From positions 960,001 through 1,024,000 of the forward strand of contig OZ241981.1 in NCBI GenBank assembly GCA_965204345.1: a DNA stretch of 64,000 nucleotides, written 5' to 3'. Shown piece by piece: positions 9,481 to 19,809 of the stretch (position 1 is the first letter of the stretch; the number at the start of each line of letters is the position of its first letter). This DNA comes from Nitrosopumilus sp. Its GTDB lineage: Archaea; Thermoproteota; Nitrososphaeria; Nitrososphaerales; Nitrosopumilaceae. The notes beneath the pieces were generated by a model, which was not told the DNA's origin, ran no database searches, and was given only the letters and a program-made list of their open reading frames with translations. A program made the position numbers and the translations under genes.

Positions 9481-9563
9481 TCATCGATCAATGGTTTTAC
9501 AAGATTGATTTGCAGACTGTTTGATGGTATTATTTTAAATACGGATAGACAGGCCTCAATATC

Positions 9564-11021
9564 GTGGCAGATTATGACGTTATAATCGCAGGAGGGGGTC
9601 TTGCAGGAACCATTACAGCACAGGCCATTTCCCACTACTCAGACCAAAACTTGAAAATCTTGGTAGTTGATAGAAATACCGAATTTTTGCCGGGTCGAAA
9701 ATCTCTGGCAGGATGGGTATGTGGAGATGCATGCTCCAAAGAGGCAGTTGATTTCATGTCCGAAAGAATCAAAATTCAATGGACTAGACCGGAAATTGAG
9801 CATGACGTAAAAGGAGTAATGGCATTTTCACCAGACAGGGAGACTGCAATTCCATTTGACGGTGATGGATTTATGTTAAACCGCCAGAGGCTGCCAGAAA
9901 TTCAAAATGAGAGGTGCAAAAAGATGGGAATAGAATTCGAATATGAGATTAACATAACAGGTTTAATCTATGAAGGCCAGCAGGCAGTTGGAATACAGGG
10001 AATAGATAACAAAACAAAACAGCCATTTAAGAAAACCTCAAAGATCGTAATTGATGCCACGGGGGTTACATCCATGCTAAGAAACGGTCTGAAGAATTCT
10101 GCCAAGGTAGAAAAAAGAATTGATAGAAGGGACTTGGAGTCAACTGGAAGATACATTATGCATTTTGAGCCAGGACAAAAGGAGTTATCTGAGTTTGATC
10201 CTGATTACTGCATTATTCATTTAGATCAGGATATTGCACCTGGCGGATATGGATGGGTGTTTCCAAAAGGGGACACCAAGGTCAACATCGGCCTAGGCGT
10301 TGAAAAATCCCTTTTGGATAGAAGAAACAAGAGGCTGGGCAAGAAGGACAACGTGGAATCGCTGATGAAAGAGTACCTTCATAGAAATGTCGCAATTAAG
10401 AATGCAAGACTATCAGAGGAGGCCCAAGACATCAACAACAACTCGGGCATCTTTCAGGTCTCAGTAAGAAGGCAAAATGACTGCATGGTATCAGGGGGAT
10501 ACATGATGGTTGGGGATTCGGCATGGATGCCAAAACCAATAGATGCCGGAGGAATAGGTCCGGCACTAATTGCAGGTACAATTATTGGAAACAATGTTGC
10601 ACAGGCCATAGAAGCAAACGATGTTTCTGAAGCGGGGTTATGGCAGTACAATTTAGACTTTATTGAGGAATACGGATACAAGACAGCTGGACTAGAACTG
10701 TTTAGAAGGCTGGTTCAGCAGATGACTAATGAGCAGATAAGCTATGGCATGAAACACTTTTTGGGCAATATGGATGTCGAATCAATTAGCAAGGGGGAGC
10801 ATCCAGACTTTTCAGGACTGGGAAAGCTTGGAATGATTATCAGAGGCGCAATGAACAAGACGGTTGCAGATGGATTAAGATACACATCAAAAGAAAACCA
10901 GTGGCTGGTAGGCCATTACAATGACTATCCAAAAGATCCTTCCGGGTTTGATGATTGGAACAAGACGCTGCATCAGAGAATGGATGCAGCATTTGCCAAA
11001 GTAGAGGCATTTGGAAAATAA
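9564..11021 (+). CDS. Geranylgeranyl reductase-family FAD-dependent oxidoreductase
   Basis: GGGLAG Rossmann motif, DATG, GYGWVFPK, VGDSA...PIDAGGI. Confidence 0.88.
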   Translation: MADYDVIIAGGGLAGTITAQAISHYSDQNLKILVVDRNTEFLPGRKSLAGWVCGDACSKEAVDFMSERIKIQWTRPEIEHDVKGVMAFSPDRETAIPFDGDGFMLNRQRLPEIQNERCKKMGIEFEYEINITGLIYEGQQAVGIQGIDNKTKQPFKKTSKIVIDATGVTSMLRNGLKNSAKVEKRIDRRDLESTGRYIMHFEPGQKELSEFDPDYCIIHLDQDIAPGGYGWVFPKGDTKVNIGLGVEKSLLDRRNKRLGKKDNVESLMKEYLHRNVAIKNARLSEEAQDINNNSGIFQVSVRRQNDCMVSGGYMMVGDSAWMPKPIDAGGIGPALIAGTIIGNNVAQAIEANDVSEAGLWQYNLDFIEEYGYKTAGLELFRRLVQQMTNEQISYGMKHFLGNMDVESISKGEHPDFSGLGKLGMIIRGAMNKTVADGLRYTSKENQWLVGHYNDYPKDPSGFDDWNKTLHQRMDAAFAKVEAFGK

Positions 11022-11062
11022 GATCTAATATTAAATATTGATTGAATTAACCAAGACATACT

Positions 11063-11857
11063 TTGAAAGAAGCGCAATATCTTGATTGGAACAACTCTAT
11101 TGAAATTCTAAACAGAGCCTATGAAACGGGTCTTTTTGTGCTTATCATAGGTCCAAAGGGAACCGGAAAAACATCCCTAGTAAGAGATTTTGCCAAAAAC
11201 AAGAACATCAGCTTAGAGTCGATTAATTTTAGTCTTAGAACAAGAGAGAGCCATCTGATTGGCACAAAAACACTAAGGGATGGAACAGTGAGTTTTGATG
11301 AGGGGCTGCTAATAAAATCAATGAAAAGCGGCGAGATGCTTTATCTTGATGAGATCAATTCAGCAGAAGCAGATGTGCTATTGCGGTTAGATGAGGCATT
11401 AGATGACAGGCGGCAGATTGTATTAAAAGAATCCACAGGAGAGACGGTCAAGGCAAAAGAAGACTGGTTTGTAGTGGCAACAATTAATCCATTAACACAC
11501 AGCGGAACCAAGGAATTGCCGCCGCAATTACTAAGCAGATTTCCAGTACGAATCAGATTAGAGTATCCGCCAGAAAACATAGAGCTGGAAATTGTAAAGA
11601 AATATGTTTCAGGGAATCACGACTCTGAGATAGTTCAAGCAATCAAGCTGGCAAATACGCTTAGACAGGCAGCAGCTGTTGAGGAATTATTTTATTCGCC
11701 TAGCTTAAGGGAGACTATTGCTTTTGGAAGACTGTTGGACAAAGGAATGTCGCCAAAGCAAATAGCGGAAATTGTTTTTGGAAATGTCTACATGCAGTGG
11801 GGCAATATAGAATACCAAAAAGTAAGCGACATAATAACCTCGATGTTTGGAAGTTAA
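11063..11857 (+). CDS. MoxR/CbbQ/NirQ-family AAA+ ATPase
   Basis: Walker A GPKGTGKT, Walker B YLDEIN, ATINP, LLSRF. Confidence 0.9.
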   Translation: MKEAQYLDWNNSIEILNRAYETGLFVLIIGPKGTGKTSLVRDFAKNKNISLESINFSLRTRESHLIGTKTLRDGTVSFDEGLLIKSMKSGEMLYLDEINSAEADVLLRLDEALDDRRQIVLKESTGETVKAKEDWFVVATINPLTHSGTKELPPQLLSRFPVRIRLEYPPENIELEIVKKYVSGNHDSEIVQAIKLANTLRQAAAVEELFYSPSLRETIAFGRLLDKGMSPKQIAEIVFGNVYMQWGNIEYQKVSDIITSMFGS

Positions 11858-13420
11858 ATGCAACCAACTCAACTCCAAAATGATTCTCTGGTGGAAATTG
11901 CAACTTTTCTAGTCAGGAGGTGGTCTGAGAAGGACGACATCATAATTGAAATTTCAGAGAAGACAGAAACCAAAACCAGACTAAAGGAAAAAAAAGTAAT
12001 CCTAACGCCGCTAGAAAAAAGAGTTGGGGATGACTTTCAAAAGTACCGGCAGTTTAGAACGTCACTGTGGTATGAGGCCATGCGAATCAAATATTGCCAG
12101 AAGATTCTCAGCGATGATCACGCGTTTGGATTTATTCTCAACACCATGGAAACCCGGAGAATTGAGAAGCTGGGAAGGAAAATTTGGAAGGGCATGGATA
12201 ATGAAATAATTTTTAATTATACCTACATGCTAGTTGCAAGGCCGCAACTGCACACGGTTTATGGAAAGGCAAGGATTGTAGAGGCGTTTTACCAGTATTT
12301 CATGTTTGGGGCAATCAAGGGAGAAATACAAAAAAGCAATTTTGAGAAAATAAAACAGGCAACAGTCTTTGCAAGGAAAATTGTTAACCAATCAATAGAT
12401 GAAAATCAGAATACGGAATGGATTGAACAGCATGTAGGTGAAATAATCAAGATATTGGATATTGATTCTCTTCTGACAATACCAGTATCGCTGCCATTTA
12501 TGAAAGCCGGAATGGCATTATCAGAGGCGGAGCTGCTCAAGGTACTAAAGATAATTTCCAAAAATAAGGAGGGTGACTTGGGAACCATTGATCCAAACTC
12601 GGTTATGAGCGGCCAGGACGTCTACGATGAGTACAAGGTATTGCTAGATGAGAATAAAAAAACAGAAAATAAGGGTCTGAGCACAGAGACCATTGGAATA
12701 CAGACTCCGTCAACAAGAAACGTAGATGAGGCAACAATCTACGATATTGCTTTGATCAACGGATTAAAAATGAAGTTCAAAGAGTGGAAGTCAGGATGGA
12801 AGGAACAGCATCTAAGATCCGGCGATGAATTTGACGAGGAGAGCTACATTGATGGCAATGAGCCATTTTTTACCGATATTAAAAAATCAATTAAAACAAA
12901 GATTGTGATACTGTTAGATCACTCATCTAGTATTGCATCTGATGCTGTTGAATACAAAAAAGCAACTCTGGCATTATGTGAGGTATTGTCATTTCTTAAA
13001 GTGAAATTTGCAGTATATGCATTTAGTACCGAAAATAGGGCAATGGTGTGCTGGTCAGTCAAGCCAGAGAATGTCAAATGGAATAGCATTACTGCAAAGA
13101 GATTAGCGCAGATTGTTGCCAACGGTTCAACGCCGCTGGCCGAAGTCTATGACAAAATATTCCCAATCCTGCAATCAAAGAGGCCAGATATTTTCCTGAC
13201 ATTGACTGATGGCGAGCCATCTGATCCGGATTCGGTGAGAAACATGATCAAGTCATTTAAGGGACTGGGAATTGGCATGATTGCCTTGGGATTAGGCCCA
13301 AATACAGTAAGGGCCACAACAATAGCAAACAACCTAAGACGCCTGGGATATGAAAAGACCATGGCAGTTAGCAGGCTAAATGACATTCCAAATAAGGTCA
13401 TGAGCATTTTAGGGGGATAG
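11858..13420 (+). CDS. von Willebrand factor A domain protein (CbbO/NorD-like partner)
   Basis: C-terminal MIDAS motif LLDHSSSI...GSTP...LTDGEP; abuts the AAA gene. Confidence 0.87.
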   Translation: MQPTQLQNDSLVEIATFLVRRWSEKDDIIIEISEKTETKTRLKEKKVILTPLEKRVGDDFQKYRQFRTSLWYEAMRIKYCQKILSDDHAFGFILNTMETRRIEKLGRKIWKGMDNEIIFNYTYMLVARPQLHTVYGKARIVEAFYQYFMFGAIKGEIQKSNFEKIKQATVFARKIVNQSIDENQNTEWIEQHVGEIIKILDIDSLLTIPVSLPFMKAGMALSEAELLKVLKIISKNKEGDLGTIDPNSVMSGQDVYDEYKVLLDENKKTENKGLSTETIGIQTPSTRNVDEATIYDIALINGLKMKFKEWKSGWKEQHLRSGDEFDEESYIDGNEPFFTDIKKSIKTKIVILLDHSSSIASDAVEYKKATLALCEVLSFLKVKFAVYAFSTENRAMVCWSVKPENVKWNSITAKRLAQIVANGSTPLAEVYDKIFPILQSKRPDIFLTLTDGEPSDPDSVRNMIKSFKGLGIGMIALGLGPNTVRATTIANNLRRLGYEKTMAVSRLNDIPNKVMSILGG

Positions 13421-13448
13421 GAGATCAGCATCGATCAGGATATTTTAT

Positions 13449-15026
13449 ATGAGCAAAAAATTGACGGCGTTTAGGCAAAGTATGTCAGAAAACAGTATTG
13501 ATAAAGCACTGCTTGATAAATTTGAGCAGGAAATCTGGGGCAAGATACCACATCTGGATGAGGGTGGCAGAGTAGTCAATGCAACACCGCTAGTTGATCT
13601 TACAGGTGATCTCAAAGAATGTGCAAAGAACCTATACAAGCTTGACATATCAGATTTGGATTTGAAGGTTTATGGCAAGTTTGATGCTGATTTGCTAACA
13701 GGTTCAATCAAGGTCAGACCTGCAATTCACATTATGCATGATGCCATCAAGACAGGCAAACTAAAAGGCGGACAGGCAATTATTGAGGCAACATCAGGGA
13801 ATTTTGGAATTGCATTAGGCCAAATGTCAAAGCTTGGACTAACAGTCATTTCTCTTGTTTCAAGAAAATTACAAGAGGGAGTATTCAAAGAACTAAGAAA
13901 CGAAAATATTCGAATAATGGATTTGGATATGGATATTTGTCCAGCTCCTGGAATCAAAGACAGTGTTGCTGATGCGTTAAAGGCAAAGGCAACTGCTGCT
14001 AACATTCGATCCCAGCTAACGGAGATGGGTTTTGATCCTGCGATTTTTGATGGTTCAATTGCAGAAATTGAATCACTGCTAGGAGCAGAGGATATCATTA
14101 ACTTGGCAAAGCTGCTTGCAAAAATCTACGGATGCTTTTGTCCAGAACAGTACGACAATGAATTAAACATCAATGCACACCAAACGATAACTGCCGTAGA
14201 AATTGAACAGCAATTGCATGAAAACGGAGACTCGCTGGAGGATTATAAAATAATGTGTACATTTGGGACAGGTGGCACCTCAGGGGGACTGGGCAGATAC
14301 ATGGATGAGAAATATAATAAAAAAGCAGTCCATGTGGTATTTCCTCCTGCAGGCCAAGACGTGGCAGGAATCAGGACAAAGGCAAAGGCTGATGGATTAA
14401 GGCTGTATAATCCAGACGCATATGCAGCAGAGCACGAAGTAGATTTTGGACAAGCCAGGCACCTGCTAAAATTCTTTGTAGAGAAGGGGCACAATATCGG
14501 CGAAAGTACGGCACTTGCACTGTACTCGGTACTAGAGATGCTAAGTGATGGAGGCAAGGGCAAGTTTGTAGTCGTAGTTGCCGACGGAATAGAAAAGTAT
14601 AAAAAAAATCTAGAGGCCATCTCAGGCAATCAGCGCATTCAGGTATCACTAGATGAGGCATCAGCAAGTGCTCAAGACTATGATAAAATAATTTGGGTTC
14701 ATACCTCATACACACCAAAGGAGGAGGGAATTGAGATGATTGCCAAGTCGCTAGGAGTGGATAAGGAAAAAATTGCAATACCAAAGGCCAGTACCATTAA
14801 TCAGCTACTATCAACACAGCAAGTTCCAGAAGAACTCAATAAGGACCTAGACGGTTCCAAAGGCAAATCACTGCTAATTTGTATGGCTGGAAATACCTCA
14901 CTGATGACTGCCCAGGTACTTGCAAGCAAAGGCATAGCAACTGAGAGCCTGAATGGCGGAATCACCAGCTTGCCTGAAGGGCAGGGCAAGAATCCAGGCC
15001 AATATATCAGGGCAGCCACTGAGTAG
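13449..15026 (+). CDS. PLP-dependent cysteine synthase-like enzyme fused to a C-terminal rhodanese domain
   Basis: TGSIKVR, EATSGNFG, GTGGT; C-terminal LLICMAGNTS...SLNGG. Confidence 0.82.
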   Translation: MSKKLTAFRQSMSENSIDKALLDKFEQEIWGKIPHLDEGGRVVNATPLVDLTGDLKECAKNLYKLDISDLDLKVYGKFDADLLTGSIKVRPAIHIMHDAIKTGKLKGGQAIIEATSGNFGIALGQMSKLGLTVISLVSRKLQEGVFKELRNENIRIMDLDMDICPAPGIKDSVADALKAKATAANIRSQLTEMGFDPAIFDGSIAEIESLLGAEDIINLAKLLAKIYGCFCPEQYDNELNINAHQTITAVEIEQQLHENGDSLEDYKIMCTFGTGGTSGGLGRYMDEKYNKKAVHVVFPPAGQDVAGIRTKAKADGLRLYNPDAYAAEHEVDFGQARHLLKFFVEKGHNIGESTALALYSVLEMLSDGGKGKFVVVVADGIEKYKKNLEAISGNQRIQVSLDEASASAQDYDKIIWVHTSYTPKEEGIEMIAKSLGVDKEKIAIPKASTINQLLSTQQVPEELNKDLDGSKGKSLLICMAGNTSLMTAQVLASKGIATESLNGGITSLPEGQGKNPGQYIRAATE

Positions 15027-15030
15027 TACT

Positions 15031-15486
15031 TTGAAATGTCTCTCAGTATCCCAGCCATTTGCTGAGCTAATTATCTCAGGCAAAAAAACCATAGAATTGC
15101 GCAGCTGGAATACAAAGTTTCGCGGGGAATTTTTGGTTCATGCCCCACTCAGTGTTAAAACAAAGGATGTCAGACGGCTGAAAATTAACAAGAAATTTGT
15201 AACCGGTGCAATAGTTGGAAAGACAATACTGTATGATGTAAAAAAATACAATTCAAAAAAAGAGATCAAGGAGGATGGAAGATTCCATCACGCAGAAAAA
15301 GATTTTCAAAACAAAACATATGGGTTCATCCTAAAAAATTCAAAACCGTTTAGAGTTCCAATCCCATGGAAGGGACAGTTAGGATTTTTTGATGTGGATG
15401 TTCCAAAAATGAAAACAGGGAACAGAGAAATTGTAGCTGACATCATTGATGAGGAATACCGGTACCAGTGGATTGGACATCATTAG
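15031..15486 (+). CDS. ASCH domain protein
   Basis: LSVSQPFAELIISGKKTIELR and PWKGQLGFF; start placed at TTG 15031. Confidence 0.88.
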   Translation: MKCLSVSQPFAELIISGKKTIELRSWNTKFRGEFLVHAPLSVKTKDVRRLKINKKFVTGAIVGKTILYDVKKYNSKKEIKEDGRFHHAEKDFQNKTYGFILKNSKPFRVPIPWKGQLGFFDVDVPKMKTGNREIVADIIDEEYRYQWIGHH

Positions 15487-15549
15487 ATGATCTAAAAAAT
15501 GAAAAAATCGGACTAGTATATATAAAGGAACTATATAAAGTCCCTCGTT

Positions 15550-16113
15550 ATGCCTCAAACCAAGCCAATTGTTAGTGTTGAGAATGTTGTTGCATCTGCA
15601 TCAGTTGATCAGAAGATTGATTTGATTGAGATTACTAAAAAATTTCCAGACACTGAATATCATCCGGAACAATTTCCAGGGCTTGTCTTTAGATTGGCTA
15701 ATCCTAGGACAGCTACGCTGGTCTTTAGGACAGGCAAAATGGTATGTACAGGGGCCAAATCCGAGGAGATGTCAATAAAGGCAGTCAATACAGTCGTCCA
15801 AAAATTACGAAAAGGCAAGATAAAAATAAAAAAAGACGCGGTGATTACAGTTCAAAACATAGTAGCATCAATTAATCTTGGAGGAAAAATTCATTTAGAA
15901 AAGGCGGCCAGGACATTGCCAAGAAGCATGTATGAGCCAGAGCAGTTCCCAGGTTTAATTCACAGAATGCTTGATCCTAAAACAGTCATACTGTTATTTG
16001 CATCAGGAAAGCTTGTTTGCACCGGGTCCAAGAAGGAATCAGACGTTTATAGATCTGTCCATAATTTACACTCGTTGTTAGAGGAAAAAAACCTAATGAT
16101 TTATGATCAATGA
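15550..16113 (+). CDS. tbp: TATA-box binding protein
   Basis: Two repeats of NVVAS...Y(H/E)PEQFPGL...F(R/A)(T/S)GK(M/L)VCTG. Confidence 0.98.
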   Translation: MPQTKPIVSVENVVASASVDQKIDLIEITKKFPDTEYHPEQFPGLVFRLANPRTATLVFRTGKMVCTGAKSEEMSIKAVNTVVQKLRKGKIKIKKDAVITVQNIVASINLGGKIHLEKAARTLPRSMYEPEQFPGLIHRMLDPKTVILLFASGKLVCTGSKKESDVYRSVHNLHSLLEEKNLMIYDQ

Positions 16114-16363
16114 TTCCAGAGATATCAAAGAATTGATCAATGATAATGATGATGCCTTTGAGGAGGAAAAGATCAGGCTCACACCCGAAAAAGGCTTTGA
16201 TTTGATTGGAATTGATTATTTTGCAGAGCCGGGAAACCAGCTGTACCTTATTGAGCATTTTGAGATGTATCAAGATGCGTTAAATGCTAAAAAGGATAGA
16301 AAAAACCAGGATGAGTTTTTTGTCTTATACAAGGGAACAAACGATGAATTTTTCTGCAGATAA
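16103..16363 (+). CDS. Hypothetical protein
   Basis: 86-aa acidic ORF overlapping the tbp stop. Confidence 0.65.
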   Translation: MINDSRDIKELINDNDDAFEEEKIRLTPEKGFDLIGIDYFAEPGNQLYLIEHFEMYQDALNAKKDRKNQDEFFVLYKGTNDEFFCR

Positions 16364-16774
16364 AAGAACAAAACCTTACTAAACTTTACAAACTTTTAGC
16401 ACTTGGCTAAAAATCAGGGGAACGCTCCCTAAGGAAACAAGTATCTAGTTGAATACCAGAATTCAAAGGATTCCATAATAATGAATTAGCATCGCAAGGG
16501 ACAGATGTTGCATAGGAGAATCTGCATGAAAAATTAGACATGGTTACAAAATGCTGTCTCTATGTCATAGGATGTGATGATATTGATTTTTCAAACCCAG
16601 ATTCGGCAGTTGTGGATGTCTGAAATCTCACGGTGAAAAGCATTGCCATTCCAAAAAAAACGGCAGAGACATTTACGGCAAAGATTCAGGAAAACAAAAA
16701 AATCATAGCACGTCAAATGCATGGATGAAATTAGTGTCAAAAAATTAAGAGGAATGGCAGTTCATTGGAAAGAA

Positions 16775-17503
16775 TCAGGCAGTAAATGAAAATGTATTTG
16801 ACTTGGTATCGCCTCCGTTATCTGCTTTAATTGTATAAGTGCCAGAATTTTCCCATCCAAGGCCGCCTGCAATAGCCAAGGTTGAAAACCTTCCATCACT
16901 TTTTGTAGATACCTGCTCTGTCCATACAATCTCAGCATCCTGATTTTCAATGGACAAATTTACATCTCCAGATATGCTAGAAACACCACTAATGGAGATT
17001 AGATCCTGGTTATCATATACTGCCAAATCGGTTTGAACAGACAATGAGGCTGCAGCAACAGGCGGAGCAGTGGGATTGCCGTTACCAGTATTATTATTAT
17101 TATTAGGAATCTCACCAGTAATTCCGCTAAGAGATATGCCAACTGCCAGGATTACAACCAAGGCAATACCTGCAATTCCAAACATTACTTTTTTATTTTT
17201 AAGCCTAGAGTAAGTTTGTCTGGAAGTTTTTGTCTGAATTATAGGAGTTTGTGCTCTGGAAGTAACTATAGGTATTCTCACGTCTGGAATTGCAGGTTTT
17301 TCCTCAACAGGTAGAGAAGAAGGCGATATAAATTCAGGTCTTCTTCCCAAATGTTTCTCTGCTAACTGTTTTACATAATTTCTTTCATAATTGCTAATAA
17401 TTTCATTATGCTCGCAGGCCCTGCAAATTTGTTTTAATATTCTATCATCTCCAAAATCTTTATCCAAAAGAGCCTTTACGTCATCTAAGAGCGAATCAGC
17501 CAT
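16775..17503 (-). CDS. Single-pass membrane protein with an Ig-like C-terminal domain
   Basis: Helical N-domain, TM helix, Asn-rich linker, beta-rich domain ending SGTYTIKA. Confidence 0.75.
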   Translation of the reverse strand: MADSLLDDVKALLDKDFGDDRILKQICRACEHNEIISNYERNYVKQLAEKHLGRRPEFISPSSLPVEEKPAIPDVRIPIVTSRAQTPIIQTKTSRQTYSRLKNKKVMFGIAGIALVVILAVGISLSGITGEIPNNNNNTGNGNPTAPPVAAASLSVQTDLAVYDNQDLISISGVSSISGDVNLSIENQDAEIVWTEQVSTKSDGRFSTLAIAGGLGWENSGTYTIKADNGGDTKSNTFSFTA

Positions 17504-17610
17504 CTCAATAATTATCCTATACTTGATTATTTATGAATATCTTGTGAATCATGCTCTAGACGAGTCTTAAAGATTGGAAATTAAAACAAGGTAAAATTTG
17601 TTCAAAAAAA

Positions 17611-17787
17611 TTACTTTGCACATATTTTTTGTGCTTGAATAATTACAGTTCGGATATAGTCCTTGGCAGTAGAATCAGTTACTCCCATTTGTTTTGCCTT
17701 CAAATACAGACCAGTTTCTGTGGGGTTTGATAGATAATATTTCAGAAGGTAATTCAGCCTATGTGATCTTTTCTCGTCATTTTTCAT
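17611..17787 (-). CDS. Small hypothetical protein (58 aa, possible HTH)
   Basis: Clean ORF below the track cutoff: MKNDEKRSHRLNYLLKYYLSNPTETGLYLKAKQMGVTDSTAKDYIRTVIIQAQKICAK. Confidence 0.6.
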   Translation of the reverse strand: MKNDEKRSHRLNYLLKYYLSNPTETGLYLKAKQMGVTDSTAKDYIRTVIIQAQKICAK

Positions 17788-17907
17788 GTTCTTCCTTTCT
17801 TTTGATATTAAAGAAGGTAAAGGATAATGACATAACCAATCATAGTATCATAAAAATTGCATAAAAACATATGATCTTTTTTAAACAATACGTAAAAAGG
17901 AATTGAA

Positions 17908-18249
17908 ATGAAACGAATTGAGGCAACTATTCAAGGCAACAAAATAGGAGCAGTATCTGATGCAATTAATGATATTGTAGGAGGATTTACAGTTCTGGAA
18001 GGAAACGGTAGAGGCTCTGGTGCAAGGCAAGAGATTAGATCAGGTAGAGGTACAGGTACAATTACTGCAGAATATAACAAAGTTGCAACTGTTAGTACAA
18101 TTGTTGATGATTCAGATGTAGAAAAGATCACAGCGGCAATTGTAGATGCAGCTTATACTGGAAAAGGCGGAGATGGAATTATAATCGTCTCCAATGTCGA
18201 CAGTGTTCTGAACATAGCGTCAAAAAAGAGCGGTTCTGAAGCCCTCTAA
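17908..18249 (+). CDS. glnB: P-II nitrogen regulatory protein
   Basis: MKRIEATI, GRG T-loop, TGKGGDGII. Confidence 0.9.
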   Translation: MKRIEATIQGNKIGAVSDAINDIVGGFTVLEGNGRGSGARQEIRSGRGTGTITAEYNKVATVSTIVDDSDVEKITAAIVDAAYTGKGGDGIIIVSNVDSVLNIASKKSGSEAL

Positions 18250-18298
18250 TCATTTTATTTTATTCAAATGAGGATGATTTTGTAATTTTTAATTTGTT

Positions 18299-18331
18299 AC
18301 TGAGAGGATTAACTAATATCCTCCTCTCAGT
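18299..18331. terminator. Inverted repeat between convergent genes
   Basis: Perfect 10-bp stem ACTGAGAGGA-N13-TCCTCTCAGT. Confidence 0.4.
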
Positions 18332-18412
18332 GTGGCGTCCCTTTGGAGGACATGTTTTTGAAGGGATAACTAGTATTGCAATTTGAGTATAAAAGTGAGG
18401 GGTTTTGGGAAG

Positions 18413-18652
18413 TTATTCCTGTCCTTCAATTCCCATCAGTGTCAGCGTTGATCTAATTTTTGGGATTTTTCTGATCTTCCAAGTAATGATTTCACGAAGT
18501 GTTTCTACTTGACTTGATTCAACCTTGACTAGAATATCATATGCTCCAAATGTACCATGCACTTCAACTACGCCCTCTATGGATTTTAACTCCGAGATTA
18601 CTGCCTCCTCAGAGCCTAGCTCACAGTTTATCAGAACATATGCTGTAGCCAA
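18413..18652 (-). CDS. Stand-alone Lrp/AsnC ligand-binding (RAM) domain protein
   Basis: AYVLINCELG...GAYDILVKVE...IRSTLTL. Confidence 0.9.
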   Translation of the reverse strand: MATAYVLINCELGSEEAVISELKSIEGVVEVHGTFGAYDILVKVESSQVETLREIITWKIRKIPKIRSTLTLMGIEGQE

Positions 18653-18791
18653 TTATAGTCTGACCCCCTTACTCATGCTTAAAATAATATCTTAGAATAT
18701 ATAAGAATAGTTTTGGTTTTTTTTAAAATTTGATATTATTTCTAGCAGTTATATGAACAAACGTTAACTAATATTAAGAAATTCCACGGAT

Positions 18792-19754
18792 TTAAGGCAG
18801 AAGATATGCATCACTCATAATTTTTTCTAATTCTGTGGTGCTAGTTGAAGAGGTAATTTTTGAGCGCAGTTTTGAGCCGCCTCTCATACCCTTTGTGAAT
18901 CGCATTGCCTGGCTTTTGATATTGGCAAACTTGATTTTGTAATTCTCTGTCAGATGTAAATAATTAAAAAAAGAGTCCAATCTATCCCTGAATGAATATT
19001 CATTGTAAGAACCAGTTTTAAGGTAATCATTGATTTGCTCAAATAAAAACGGATTGCCCATGGCGCCACGGCCAATCATTACATAATCACAGTTAGTTTC
19101 ATCAAGCATGGCTTTGGCATCCTCAGGTGTAATGATATCGCCATTTCCCACAATAGGGACATTAGAGACTTGCTTTAATTCTTTAATTAGCTGCCAATCA
19201 GCACTTCCAGAATAACCCTGTTTAACGGTTCTGGGATGCAAGGTGATCATTTCAATTCCCTCATCTTCTGCAATTTCTGCAATATCCCTAAACAAGAATT
19301 TGCTAGCATCAGTTACACCGGAACGAATTTTTAGGGTTACGGGTTTTTTTACTGCACTAACAAGAGTGCTAAAGATTTGCCGTGTTAAGTTAATCTCTTG
19401 TAAGAGGGCGCCACCTGCCATCTGCTGAGTAATATGAGGTGCAGGGCAGCCCATGTTATAATCAATCATATCAAAATAAGGTTCAACAATTTTAGCTGCC
19501 TGCTCTAATGCAGGCAAATTAGAACCAAACAATTGAATTGACAAAGGTCGCTCTTGATCAGAATATTCAATGAACTGCTGTATTGTTTGCATTTTTTCTT
19601 TGAGTTGGTTTGCCTTGGCAATTATGCTATGAATGCTAGTAAATTCTGTAACCACCAATCCAGCCCCCATTTGCTTACATTGTAATCGTAATGCAGGATC
19701 GCTAACTCCTGCCATCGGGGCCAAAAACGCCCTACTGCTAAACTTTGGAAGCAT
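18792..19754 (-). CDS. dus: tRNA-dihydrouridine synthase
   Basis: LAPMAG, QLFG, NMGCP, HPRT, NGDI, MIGRGA. Confidence 0.93.
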   Translation of the reverse strand: MLPKFSSRAFLAPMAGVSDPALRLQCKQMGAGLVVTEFTSIHSIIAKANQLKEKMQTIQQFIEYSDQERPLSIQLFGSNLPALEQAAKIVEPYFDMIDYNMGCPAPHITQQMAGGALLQEINLTRQIFSTLVSAVKKPVTLKIRSGVTDASKFLFRDIAEIAEDEGIEMITLHPRTVKQGYSGSADWQLIKELKQVSNVPIVGNGDIITPEDAKAMLDETNCDYVMIGRGAMGNPFLFEQINDYLKTGSYNEYSFRDRLDSFFNYLHLTENYKIKFANIKSQAMRFTKGMRGGSKLRSKITSSTSTTELEKIMSDAYLLP

Positions 19755-19809
19755 GGAATAATTTTGTTACTTGAATATATTTACCATATCAAAAATATAC
19801 ACGTGATTA

